Origin: Limisphaerales bacterium
Lineage (GTDB): Bacteria > Verrucomicrobiota > Verrucomicrobiia > Limisphaerales > UBA1096
Assembly: GCA_004213515.1 (NCBI GenBank)
Contig: SHAK01000001.1
Location: forward strand, 86,359 to 150,358
Direction of reading: 5' to 3'
DNA: 64,000 nucleotides
Shown piece by piece: positions 10,731-20,654 of the stretch (positions are counted from its first letter, which is position 1; each line of letters opens with the position of its first letter). Made by a program: the position numbers and the translations under genes. The notes beneath the pieces were generated by a model. The model did no database searches and was not told where the DNA came from. It saw only the letters and a program-made list of their open reading frames with translations.

Positions 10731-11895
10731 ACCACTCTGCTACTAAATCAGCAAATCGAAGACCTTCTCTATTAAGCCGAAAACTTTCTTCCGTTTTCAC
10801 AGCCCAATTGGAATCAACTGAACGCTGCATATCATCTTTCCATTCGGTGCGAAGGTCATAACCTGTTACTTCCATAAAATAATCAAACTCCCAACCGGCA
10901 TTCATGCGCAATCCAAATGCAGCAGTCTCTCCAGCAAGAGCCAAAGGGGATAGCTGCTCTACAGACTCGTGAGCACGATGACCAAGTTCTAGTTGTTTGC
11001 AATATCTCTCAGTATTTGAAATGTTGCGAATGCGACGCTTATCTACAAACCCACTTGCACTCGGCCCTAATGCTTGGCATTCACCCCCGCGCCAGTAGTT
11101 AACATTATGCTTACAAGCGTAGGATGGTAATTTAGAGGCAAGAGTTTCTTTATCTTTTGCAAAGTTGGCTATCTCATACTGAATGTATCCAGCCGAGGCT
11201 GCTGTATCAATAAGCTCTTCATACATATCACATGAAAGCTCTTCATTTACTTCAAATTCCCCAGCCTGCAATTGCTCAAAAAGCGGAGTATCCTCTTCAT
11301 AAATCACCTCGTAACAAGACAAGTGCTCACTACCTAGAGCGATTGCTTCTTCCATTGTCGACTTCCAGATTTCCATTGTTTGACCAGGAATAGCAAACAT
11401 TAGATCAAGATTGATATTGTCAAATCCCGCTTCTCTTAATCGGTTAAATGATTTCATGACCATATCCCGCGAATGGATTCGACCCAAACGTATTAAAAGA
11501 TCTTCATCAAGAGACTGAACTCCCATGGATATACGGTTTACTCCAAACTTTCTAAACAGATTTGCTTTCTCCGAAGAAACCGTGGCCGGATTACACTCAA
11601 CCGTCCACTCTTCTGCCCCAAGTAAATCGAGACGCTCCATGGCATTCATGATACGTCGCCAATTATCTAAACTTAGTAACGAAGGTGTGCCACCACCAAA
11701 GAAAACGGTTCTAGGCTTTAAGGAAGCAGAAACAAGCTCTAACTCTAGTATAAGAGCATCAACATACCTAGACATTTGCTCGCCATTAGAAGCTTCAGAG
11801 TAAAAAGCACAGTACTCACACTTAGTGGCGCAAAACGGCACATGGACGTAAAGACTTGAAACTGGAGAAATAGATACTTTGCTATGGGAACTCAC
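10711..11895 (-). CDS. hemW: Radical SAM heme chaperone HemW (HemN-like, oxygen-independent coproporphyrinogen oxidase family)
   Basis: The radical SAM motif CxxxCxxC appears in YVHVPFCATKCEYCAFYS, and the protein has a HemN_C-like C-terminus. Length is 394 aa. Confidence 0.88.
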   Translation of the reverse strand: MSSHSKVSISPVSSLYVHVPFCATKCEYCAFYSEASNGEQMSRYVDALILELELVSASLKPRTVFFGGGTPSLLSLDNWRRIMNAMERLDLLGAEEWTVECNPATVSSEKANLFRKFGVNRISMGVQSLDEDLLIRLGRIHSRDMVMKSFNRLREAGFDNINLDLMFAIPGQTMEIWKSTMEEAIALGSEHLSCYEVIYEEDTPLFEQLQAGEFEVNEELSCDMYEELIDTAASAGYIQYEIANFAKDKETLASKLPSYACKHNVNYWRGGECQALGPSASGFVDKRRIRNISNTERYCKQLELGHRAHESVEQLSPLALAGETAAFGLRMNAGWEFDYFMEVTGYDLRTEWKDDMQRSVDSNWAVKTEESFRLNREGLRFADLVAEWFIRPNL

Positions 11896-11921
11896 GGGAA
11901 TAATGCACCCACGCGAAACAG

Positions 11922-12302
11922 CTAGTCCTTTAAAGAACCCAATTTACACATTAGTGCCCCTGTACCAATGATAGGGAGACCAATGAATGGTAAAGCCGGC
12001 ACATCCTCTTTAGATGGGAGAAACGTCAAAACAGTCCTCAACTCGGGCCAATACATTATACAGGCTAGTCCAAGCAGTATTGTAAGAACTCCTAAACCTA
12101 ACAATGTTTTCCTGCCATTGGGCGTAGACATGCCGTAAACCAAGCCAGCAACATAGACAAATACAGCCATGCCAACCAGCAAGCCTACGGCACCACCAAA
12201 CCCCATCTGCTTATATACGGTGGCTATTTCCATACCGTCCGTCAATATGGATACTAGGAATACACCTCCCGCCAAAAGAATTATGAGAAAGCCCCAAAGC
12301 AT
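11922..12302 (-). CDS. Small integral membrane protein (about 4 TM segments), function unknown
   Basis: The 126-aa ORF is strongly hydrophobic, with no recognisable motif. Confidence 0.5.
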   Translation of the reverse strand: MLWGFLIILLAGGVFLVSILTDGMEIATVYKQMGFGGAVGLLVGMAVFVYVAGLVYGMSTPNGRKTLLGLGVLTILLGLACIMYWPELRTVLTFLPSKEDVPALPFIGLPIIGTGALMCKLGSLKD

Positions 12303-12385
12303 TGATAAATCGGCTAAGCCGGCAGGGAAACTACTCGCCCTGATCTAGTTGGCCAAGAGATTTTTAGCTTAATTTTTCCGTCAAA

Positions 12386-13285
12386 ATGGCTTTCTCTCCC
12401 TGTATGCTTTACTTAGCAAGAATCTCACTGTTTGCAGCCGCTCTCATAGTCAGCAGTTTTGGAAGTAGTTATGCGGCCAACAAGAAGATACTATTGATTG
12501 CTGGCAAACCTAGCCACGGGCCAGGAGATCATGAATTTCGCGCAGGCGCTTTACTGCTTCAAAAATGCCTTAATAAGACACAAAACATTCAAGCAGAAGT
12601 GCACGATTACGGCTGGCCTAAAGAGGACTCTGCTTTTGAGAATATTGATGCAGTTTTGATATATGCTGATGGTGGAGGGGGCCATCCAGCCATACAAAAA
12701 AACCGAGCGAAGCTAATTGATGACTTAGCTAATAAGGGCATTGGGATTGGTTGCGCTCACTATGGAGTCGAAGTTCCAAAAGGAGATCCAGGTAAGTACA
12801 TGCAAAACTGGATTGGCGGCTACTATGAGCACAAATTTTCTGTAAACCCTATGTGGGCACCAGATTTTAAGACTTTCCCAAAGCATCCAATTACTCGAGG
12901 GGTAAAACCATTTAAAGTCGTTGACGAATGGTATTTTAACATGCGATTCCGCAATGACAACGTAGGGAAAATAACCCCGCTACTAATTGCAACCCCAAGT
13001 GATAAGGTTAGAAATGGCCCTTACGTCTGGCCAAAAGGGCCATACAAACATATACAAACAAACAAAGGCCGCTCAGAAACAATGATGTGGTCATACGTTC
13101 GTGAGAATGAAGGCCGAGGCTTTGGATTCACAGGAGGCCACAAACACGTGAATTGGGGTAACGACAATTATCGAAAAGCAGTACTTAACGGACTCCTATG
13201 GATTGCCAAAGCCAAAGTGCCAACGAACGGCGTTGAATCCACAATTACCAATAAAGAACTCAAAGTAAACTTAGATAAAAAATAA
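12386..13285 (+). CDS. ThuA-like (type 1 glutamine amidotransferase-like) domain protein, secreted
   Basis: A signal peptide is followed by LLIAGKPSHGPGDHE and an overall ThuA-family pattern. Length is 299 aa. Confidence 0.7.
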   Translation: MAFSPCMLYLARISLFAAALIVSSFGSSYAANKKILLIAGKPSHGPGDHEFRAGALLLQKCLNKTQNIQAEVHDYGWPKEDSAFENIDAVLIYADGGGGHPAIQKNRAKLIDDLANKGIGIGCAHYGVEVPKGDPGKYMQNWIGGYYEHKFSVNPMWAPDFKTFPKHPITRGVKPFKVVDEWYFNMRFRNDNVGKITPLLIATPSDKVRNGPYVWPKGPYKHIQTNKGRSETMMWSYVRENEGRGFGFTGGHKHVNWGNDNYRKAVLNGLLWIAKAKVPTNGVESTITNKELKVNLDKK

Positions 13286-13340
13286 TTATTTTTTTCTAAA
13301 ATTTGCCATAAAAAACATACATTGATACTTTTCGTAACGT

Positions 13341-14483
13341 ATGATCGAAACTAAATTTCCAGATTTTTCACTATCCAGACTCCTTTTAAACACATTCAGA
13401 CCTAAAGAGAATGAGAGAATCTGTATACTAATTGACCTTCCAGATATTTCTTTAGTTAAGGATTGGGCTTTCTTGAATAATGAAAACTTTTCTATTCAAA
13501 GACATGCATATGATTCTTTTTATAAAGCTCTTCACGAGAACGTAATGGGGGAACTAAAACTTACTGGAGGAGACTTTTTTGCTTACAAGGAAACTGGCGG
13601 CAGCAACCTAGATCTGCCTGATTTAGCAATAGCTCCAGATGGCTCAGAATTAAGCCTAGAGAACGATGTTTATCCTAACTATGATATTATATTGTGCATA
13701 TCAACATACTCCGCCACAGCTCCCCTAACTGCATTCGCAAAACAATTTGGCTTTCGAGGCGCCACTTTACATGGCGTTAACGACATTATCCTAAGAAGTG
13801 GCCTAGCAGTAGATTACAACGAAGTCAGTAAGGACGCTGAGAAATTACGTTTAGCTCTTACACGCGCAGATCATTTCGAAATAGATTTCCAAGTTGAAAA
13901 TAAAATTTACACCCTCAAACTCGACTGTGATCAACAAGAAGCTCAAAAGAGCCACGGCATTTGTTTGGTGAACGAACCTGATGTTGCCAATTTACCTGCC
14001 GGTGAAGTTTACTTTGTTCCTACAGGAGGCGAAGGTGAATTTATTATGCAATATGGGGATGGAACTATTGGTTTACAAACTGTCGAAAAAGGAAAAATTA
14101 TTAATTCGTCACTTATTCGCGGAAATCAATCAACTATTGATGAACATAATAAAAAAATCGAAAGCGACCCTGTAACTGGTGAACTTGGTGAACTTGGTTT
14201 TGGCACTCAGGAGCTACCTGTCTCAGGCCGAGACATACAAGATGAAAAAATTCTAGGTACAATGCATGTAGCCACAGGCCGAAGCGATCATCTCGGAGGC
14301 TCACTTACACCTGATAAATTTGCTAAACCTATAAACGCAACTCACGATGACATACTGTTTTCTCCAAGCAAAACTCCTGACATTACTGTCTGTGAGGTTC
14401 GAATGCAGCGCGATGATAAAACGATTGTTGTGCTTGAAAATTATCAACCTGCCGCGCACCTTCGGGACGCACTAAGCACTTAA
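13341..14483 (+). CDS. Hypothetical protein (380 aa, no signal peptide) located between two ThuA-like genes
   Basis: The long ORF has good coding character. No motif was confidently recognised; a possible metallo-aminopeptidase-like fold is only a guess. Confidence 0.5.
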   Translation: MIETKFPDFSLSRLLLNTFRPKENERICILIDLPDISLVKDWAFLNNENFSIQRHAYDSFYKALHENVMGELKLTGGDFFAYKETGGSNLDLPDLAIAPDGSELSLENDVYPNYDIILCISTYSATAPLTAFAKQFGFRGATLHGVNDIILRSGLAVDYNEVSKDAEKLRLALTRADHFEIDFQVENKIYTLKLDCDQQEAQKSHGICLVNEPDVANLPAGEVYFVPTGGEGEFIMQYGDGTIGLQTVEKGKIINSSLIRGNQSTIDEHNKKIESDPVTGELGELGFGTQELPVSGRDIQDEKILGTMHVATGRSDHLGGSLTPDKFAKPINATHDDILFSPSKTPDITVCEVRMQRDDKTIVVLENYQPAAHLRDALST

Positions 14484-14496
14484 AATTACCTAAAGC

Positions 14497-15327
14497 ATGC
14501 GAAGCCTTGTATTCATTCTGACGTTCTTAAATATTTTGGCTTGGAATCTGCAAGCTTACGACAAGCCGTTGCGGGCATTATTAGTAACAGGAGGCTGCTG
14601 CCACGACTATGCCAAACAAAAAGACATTCTAAAGCAAGGCCTTGAGCGTCGGCTGAATATTACTATTGATCATGCGCATTCAGACGACAAAAGCACTAAT
14701 CCTCCGCTTCCAATCTTTGGTAAAGCCAATTATGCAAAAGGGTATGATGTCATAATACATGACGAATGCGCCGCTGACATGAAAAACCCAGAAATCATCG
14801 CAGGGGTTCTTTCGCCACACACTAATGGAGTACCAGGAGTGAACTTGCATTGCGCAATGCACTCATACCGCTTTGGAGATTTTCGTAAGCCGGTCAAATC
14901 AGGAGCCGACAATGCAAAATGGTTTGAATATATTGGACTACAATCATCTGGCCACGGCCCACAACAACCAATAGAAATTAAATTTGAGAACAACGTACCA
15001 TTTATAACTAAAGGCATTCAAAACTGGACTACCCAGCGGGAAGAACTTTACAACAACATAAAAATACTCCCTTCAGCCAAAATCGTGGCTCGAGGTGTTC
15101 AAGGGAACCGTAAGGCAGTTGTTGCTTGGACGAACAATTACAAAGGCACTCGAGTATTTAGCACTTCAATAGGGCACAACAACGTTACAGTGGCTGATTC
15201 TCGTTATCTCAAGCTTGTTGCTCGAGGACTACTTTGGGCTGTAAAGCGGGAGGACATGAAAATTATCAACCCAAAAAACGAAACCTTTGACCTGAACAGC
15301 AAACCAAAAGCTTCATCAGCTAAATAA
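14497..15327 (+). CDS. ThuA-like domain protein, secreted (second copy)
   Basis: A signal peptide is followed by LLVTGGCCHDYAKQKD, and the C-terminus LLWAVK parallels the first copy. Length is 276 aa. Confidence 0.7.
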   Translation: MRSLVFILTFLNILAWNLQAYDKPLRALLVTGGCCHDYAKQKDILKQGLERRLNITIDHAHSDDKSTNPPLPIFGKANYAKGYDVIIHDECAADMKNPEIIAGVLSPHTNGVPGVNLHCAMHSYRFGDFRKPVKSGADNAKWFEYIGLQSSGHGPQQPIEIKFENNVPFITKGIQNWTTQREELYNNIKILPSAKIVARGVQGNRKAVVAWTNNYKGTRVFSTSIGHNNVTVADSRYLKLVARGLLWAVKREDMKIINPKNETFDLNSKPKASSAK

Positions 15328-15473
15328 AATAAACACCAAAAACCGAGTTCCTAAAAAAGCTGATACAGACAAAAAAGTAACAACTAACTCAGAGGAATCG
15401 TACAGGGTGAACCTTTCAAAACACGCAAAAGACGGCAATCCAGCAACTTGCTGACTTATCTCAAATCCATTTA

Positions 15474-16235
15474 ATGCACGACGATTTTTACGAAACTAAT
15501 AAAGCTTTATCTGAATACCTTTTATTCCATTACGGTAAAGCCGATGAAGTTCTCCCATGGGGCTTTGGCCCCTCAAATTCACTTAACTATCCCGTACGAT
15601 GTATTACCGAATGTATCGATGCCAAACAAATACCAAACAATGCTAGGGCTCTCGACCTCGGTTGCGCAGTGGGTCGCTCAACTTTCGAGCTAGCCCGACA
15701 TTGCGACGAGTCCATAGGTATTGACTTGTCAGATGGCTTTATCAATGCAGCTAAACAACTACAAAAAACTGGGAAGATCGATTACTCTTTTATAATAGAA
15801 GGTGAAATTGGGCAACCAGCTACCGCCAAAATACCAAACGAGATTGATCGTTCACGAGTTAGCTTCGAGCAAGGTGATGCCATGTTTCTACGTAAAGGCC
15901 TTGGCGTATTCAACGTTGTTTCGATGATCAATCTAATTGACCGACTGCCCTGCCCTAAAAAGTGCCTAGAGCAACTCTCTTCGCTAATTTGCCCCGGAGG
16001 TCAACTCATCATCGCATCTCCCTGCACATGGCTTGAGGATTACACCCCAAAAACCGAATGGCTTGGTGGCCGCACATCATCCGATCAGTCATTTCAAACT
16101 CTCGATAAAATCCAGGAAATACTAGATCCATCATTCGAGCTTAATGGTAAATGGGATATCCCTTTTCTTATTCGCGAACACTCACGAAAATATCAATGGA
16201 GTGTGGCTATGGCCACTCGTTGGACACGCCGTTAA
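15474..16235 (+). CDS. Class I SAM-dependent methyltransferase
   Basis: Motif I LDLGCAVGRS and the post-I acidic residue IDLSD are present. The N-terminus YETNKALSEYLLFHYG resembles the stand-alone OvoA-C-terminal-like (mercaptohistidine N-methyltransferase) family, but this is recalled from memory and unverified. Confidence 0.8.
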   Translation: MHDDFYETNKALSEYLLFHYGKADEVLPWGFGPSNSLNYPVRCITECIDAKQIPNNARALDLGCAVGRSTFELARHCDESIGIDLSDGFINAAKQLQKTGKIDYSFIIEGEIGQPATAKIPNEIDRSRVSFEQGDAMFLRKGLGVFNVVSMINLIDRLPCPKKCLEQLSSLICPGGQLIIASPCTWLEDYTPKTEWLGGRTSSDQSFQTLDKIQEILDPSFELNGKWDIPFLIREHSRKYQWSVAMATRWTRR

Positions 16236-16276
16236 AAAAGCTAAATAATTTTCTCTAAAATAGATTAAGAAAATTA

Positions 16277-17401
16277 TTACAATCTTAGAAAAATCTTATG
16301 TTTATATAAGAAACGGCATAAAAACACGGCAAGTGAAAGACTTATCAAGGATGTTATAAGATTCCCCATGTGTTCAAAAGTAAGGCCATCAATAAATTTT
16401 TCAACGGGCTTTCCAACAATATGCTCCGCTATTTCATTAAAACCAACAAATGCCCACGCAATATAAATTGTAATTGAGTTCATTCCAATCCACACAAATA
16501 TATTTGACCATTTTTTCAAGTTTCTAATATCAATTAAATAATAAAAGACACCAAGAAGAACCATACTACATCCCCCAGCTACAAGAACGTAAGAACTCGT
16601 CCATAATTTCTTAATTACAGGAAACTGAAGATGCCAAATGCTACCGGCAATTATTAGCAAAACACCAAAAGAAAAAACCAACTTCAATTTCTCACTAGGA
16701 TTTTTATTTTCATCCTTAAATACAATTCCCACTAAAACTCCAAGCAAACAGGTAGCAATTGCAGGGAATGTACTTAAAAAACCTTCTGGATCATATTTAC
16801 CAGACCATTTGAGACCCGGCAAATATTCCCCATCAAACCAATTAGCAAGGTTCTTCCCCTCTTCGAAGGTAACTTTTTCCAAGCCGGGAGTAGGAATAAA
16901 GCACATGACCGCCCAATAGCTTATTAATAATAATGCAAAAGCAATCAACAATCCTCTTAGATTCAAAAAACAATACAATAAACCACTAGCCAAATAACAA
17001 ATTGCAATTCTTTGTAAAACTCCCACATAACGCAACTGATCACCACCAGTCCCCTTTGGATCCCAACCGTAATACACAAGACCAATTATATAGAGTGATA
17101 AGGCCCTAATAATAATTTTCATTATTGTATTTTTTTTGCCTTTTTTATCTATGCTTCTTGGGATTGAAAAAGCCGTAGAGACCCCAACAATAAAAACAAA
17201 CATTGGAAATATTAAATCGTAAAATCTAAACCCTTCCCATTCTGCATGCTCCAATTGATTAGCCAAAGTTTGAAAAAAGGAATTTGAACTTAGCTTGCTT
17301 AATGCAGCCGCCAAAGAGCCTCCCCCTATTATCCAAAACATCGTAAAACCCCTTAAAGCGTCTAGAGAAACTAATCGGCCACTACTGTTTGTATTATTCA
17401 T
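16277..17401 (-). CDS. HGSNAT-like / DUF1624-DUF5009 family integral membrane acyltransferase
   Basis: The N-terminal LDALRGFTMFWIIGG matches the heparan-alpha-glucosaminide N-acetyltransferase-like family, and the protein is polytopic (374 aa). Confidence 0.72.
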   Translation of the reverse strand: MNNTNSSGRLVSLDALRGFTMFWIIGGGSLAAALSKLSSNSFFQTLANQLEHAEWEGFRFYDLIFPMFVFIVGVSTAFSIPRSIDKKGKKNTIMKIIIRALSLYIIGLVYYGWDPKGTGGDQLRYVGVLQRIAICYLASGLLYCFLNLRGLLIAFALLLISYWAVMCFIPTPGLEKVTFEEGKNLANWFDGEYLPGLKWSGKYDPEGFLSTFPAIATCLLGVLVGIVFKDENKNPSEKLKLVFSFGVLLIIAGSIWHLQFPVIKKLWTSSYVLVAGGCSMVLLGVFYYLIDIRNLKKWSNIFVWIGMNSITIYIAWAFVGFNEIAEHIVGKPVEKFIDGLTFEHMGNLITSLISLSLAVFLCRFLYKHKIFLRL

Positions 17402-17436
17402 TGTTATTAAAAGCTGCTTTCCTAAAAATTAATTTC

Positions 17437-20400
17437 TCACCTACAAGTTTGTAAAAACGCAACGATATCCAATAATTCCTGCTGCGAAAGAATTTGACTA
17501 AAACCTGATGGCATTATTGATAACGACGAATTACTAATACTATGAATCTTATCTCTTGGGACTCTCACATCACGCATATTTGCATTTTTCAAGTAGACAG
17601 TAGTATTGTTTTCTCGCTGTATTATACCCCCTAATGTTTTTTCGTCAGTTGTTCTCAAAGTGTAATACTCATAGCCATTAACTATCGTCAAGTTCGGATA
17701 AAGAATTGCCTCAAGCAAATCTCGCGGTTGTCTGATCTTTGAAATCTTACTTAGGTTAGGGCCTAGCTGACCTCCCTGATCACCAACGCGATGGCAGGCA
17801 CTACAAGAAACTCTCTCTTCGTGAAACAACACTCGCCCACGAGATGCATTACCTAAATTTAGCATTCCTATTAATGAATCAATTTCAACATCTTGTTTCT
17901 TCTTACTTTGAAGACTGCTTCCCATTACGTTCAATAAATTCTTATTTGTAGCACTGCCATCAAGACTAGAGAAAGTTTTCAATATCTTTTGACGTTGACT
18001 GTTACCAATCGTTTTAAGGCCAGGGCTACCTTCAAGCGCTAAAGAAAGTCTATTTCCTAAAAGATTCCAATCCACATTATTTACGACATGATCCTTAGAT
18101 GCCGTGTGCTTACGTCCTCGTGTAAAAGGTTTTATCACTTCAGGTAAATAGTAGGGACTAGCCTCGGATATTATCTTTAATAACTCATCAGATTGTCCAT
18201 CAGTAAGCAGATGAAGATGCAATGAGCCCAAAGATTGTGCAGCTTGACGCCTCAGGATAATTTGAGTTTGTTTCTTTTCAAGAAGATCAACTAGAAAGAA
18301 AAATAAATCACTTGAAAGACGGCCTTGGTGTCTTACTAGCACTTGAATAGCGCTTGCACGCTCCTTTTGTGATTTATCCAAATCTTGACCGATAATTTTT
18401 ATCTTAGATAAAATATTTTCTTTAATATTGAATCTCCGTGCAATATTTAGTGCCTCCATCCGAACATCAGGCTCAAAATGATTTAATCCAATAAGAATAG
18501 CTAATTGAAGCGGATCTGGAAAACGGTCTAGAAAACTTAAAGAAGATAGTACCTGAATCTTTATTTCAGTCTTTATTTCTTTATCATTCAAAATATTCAA
18601 CAAAATATCTTGAAAATCACTATCTTGAGCATAAGCGATTATAATACCTTCAATAAGTTCTTCATCTGACAATTCTTGCTCCTCTTCTTTAACAATATTT
18701 GAGAAAATTTTAATAATTTCTTTTCTCATTTCCCTACGACTAGAAATTAAACGCCGTGCCTCCTCTCGAACATTACTGTCAGCTGATTGCAATAATGGAA
18801 CAACCTGTTTTGAGTCCAATTCACTTCCCAAAGAAGCAAGAACTTTCAGCGCAATTCGTTGACGATACGGATATCTATTGTCGGACAAATATGAAGAAAC
18901 TTCCGCAGAGTTACCAATCTGTGAAATAGCATAAACAAAAGAATGTTTCGTGTGAATAGGATCATTTGAATCCAAGTTTCGAAATAAATATGATAAAGCC
19001 TTCTTATCATCTAATTGCCCTATTGCTGTGGCGGCAGACGCACGAACTGATTGGCTAGTATCAGATAAAAGCTCTGTCAAAGGCGCAAGCGAAGTCTTAT
19101 CCTTCAGACGCCCCAAAGATCTAGCTGCTACCTGACGGACCCCCGAATCCGAATCCTTCAAAGCTTTTTGAAGAATCGTTAGACTGCTTTTACTTTTGAT
19201 TCTTGAAACTGCCCAAAGACAACGCTTTATAAAAATTGAATCAGATGATTCAAGGATTAATTTAGACATTAAATCTAAGATAGCCTCACCTCTGCCTATG
19301 ATAGTCTCAACTGCTTTATCCCTAACTGCTGGCCTTGAGTCATTTATTAAATAAATTAGATCTTTGGCATTTAATGAATTCCATGACAACATCAAACCTC
19401 TAGGGTCATCCCGAACGGAGATATCCTTTCTTTGAATACGATAAATAGACCCTTTAATTTCAGGCATAGCTCTCTTTGAAAACGGGCACCCCCAACTAAG
19501 CCATCCCCCAGTATCTAACAATAAAAGAGACCCATCGGCATCTTCTAGGATATCTGTAGGGTGAAAGCCAATACTATCAGATGTGAGGAAATCTTTTTCT
19601 TTCGTCACAAAGGATCCATTCTTAGACTCCAATCTTATATTTACCACCCGGCGCGTATTGAAATGGCATGCAAATAAAGAGTCTACATAAGCTGCCCCAA
19701 AAGTTTCTCCGCGATATCTCATTAATCCAGCAGGGGCCACTTGCCCCCAGCGACTTGTCGCAGGCAGACGAAATCCTGTTTCAGGCAATAATGGTTGGCC
19801 ATAAACTCGCTGAGTCAATCCCCCAGGAACCCAATGAATTAAGGCGTCATGACGTTGCCCCCCGAAACTGTCAAAAATCGCACATGTCGAAAGCATATCC
19901 CCATTAGAAGTAAAAATTATATCAACAGGATTTACTCCTCCCTGGCCTTCAACTTGAACGTCACTTCCGTCTGGCCAACAGGAAAAAATACCAGCAGCTC
20001 GACTAAAACCAGAACTCGTCCCATCTGTCCCAATTAGGTCATAACCAAAATGACCTCCTGAAAAATACAATCTTCCATTTGGGCCTAAATAAGGACCATG
20101 CTGATTCGCTCGCCCATCAAATTCCATTGACCCTAGAATCTTATCACGTTTATCTGCAACTCCATCTCCGTCTAAATCCTCAAGCCTCCATAAGTATGGA
20201 GCAGCAATAATATAAAGAGCCCCATCATACCAAACCCCTCCTTCGGGCATCGTCATCCGATCTGCAAAAATAGTACTCTTGTCAAAAACACCATCTCCAT
20301 TAACATCAACCAATTGCCTAACAAAACGGGGCAACTCTCTCTCTATAGCAGCTCTTGTAGTGAGATTCCGCCCGTCACTTTCCGCTACATAAAGGCGTCC

Positions 20401-20616
20401 GAGATCATCAAGGCAAGCCAACATAGGATATTTCACAAGCGGATCAGAAGCGACAAGCCGCACTTCAAATCCCTGAGCTATTTTGATCTTAGGATATGAA
20501 ATTTTTTGCTCAGAAAAAATGCGAGCCTCTAAAATGAAAAAAGAGCCAATAAAAATAAATAACTTCAACCCCCATAAAGACGGCCAGCTGATTTTAATTT
20601 GAGAGTTCTTATTCAA
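17437..20616 (-). CDS. PVC-type heme-binding CxxCH protein with an N-terminal membrane-bound-dehydrogenase-like beta-propeller, central HEAT repeats and a C-terminal cytochrome c
   Basis: The 1059-aa protein has an N-terminal signal/TM segment. Its propeller region resembles glucose/sorbosone dehydrogenases, and its central part carries repeated HEAT-like helices (VRQVAARSLG, VRASAATAIG). CSACH lies near the C-terminus. Confidence 0.8.
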   Translation of the reverse strand: MNKNSQIKISWPSLWGLKLFIFIGSFFILEARIFSEQKISYPKIKIAQGFEVRLVASDPLVKYPMLACLDDLGRLYVAESDGRNLTTRAAIERELPRFVRQLVDVNGDGVFDKSTIFADRMTMPEGGVWYDGALYIIAAPYLWRLEDLDGDGVADKRDKILGSMEFDGRANQHGPYLGPNGRLYFSGGHFGYDLIGTDGTSSGFSRAAGIFSCWPDGSDVQVEGQGGVNPVDIIFTSNGDMLSTCAIFDSFGGQRHDALIHWVPGGLTQRVYGQPLLPETGFRLPATSRWGQVAPAGLMRYRGETFGAAYVDSLFACHFNTRRVVNIRLESKNGSFVTKEKDFLTSDSIGFHPTDILEDADGSLLLLDTGGWLSWGCPFSKRAMPEIKGSIYRIQRKDISVRDDPRGLMLSWNSLNAKDLIYLINDSRPAVRDKAVETIIGRGEAILDLMSKLILESSDSIFIKRCLWAVSRIKSKSSLTILQKALKDSDSGVRQVAARSLGRLKDKTSLAPLTELLSDTSQSVRASAATAIGQLDDKKALSYLFRNLDSNDPIHTKHSFVYAISQIGNSAEVSSYLSDNRYPYRQRIALKVLASLGSELDSKQVVPLLQSADSNVREEARRLISSRREMRKEIIKIFSNIVKEEEQELSDEELIEGIIIAYAQDSDFQDILLNILNDKEIKTEIKIQVLSSLSFLDRFPDPLQLAILIGLNHFEPDVRMEALNIARRFNIKENILSKIKIIGQDLDKSQKERASAIQVLVRHQGRLSSDLFFFLVDLLEKKQTQIILRRQAAQSLGSLHLHLLTDGQSDELLKIISEASPYYLPEVIKPFTRGRKHTASKDHVVNNVDWNLLGNRLSLALEGSPGLKTIGNSQRQKILKTFSSLDGSATNKNLLNVMGSSLQSKKKQDVEIDSLIGMLNLGNASRGRVLFHEERVSCSACHRVGDQGGQLGPNLSKISKIRQPRDLLEAILYPNLTIVNGYEYYTLRTTDEKTLGGIIQRENNTTVYLKNANMRDVRVPRDKIHSISNSSLSIMPSGFSQILSQQELLDIVAFLQTCR

Positions 20617-20654
20617 TTAACAACAAGTCAGTTCTTTTATTCGTTATTTCTTTT

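Noticed and set aside
13981-14175. 64-aa ORF internal to the 13341-14483 gene
   Set aside because: It is a same-strand alternate frame inside a longer ORF with better coding character.
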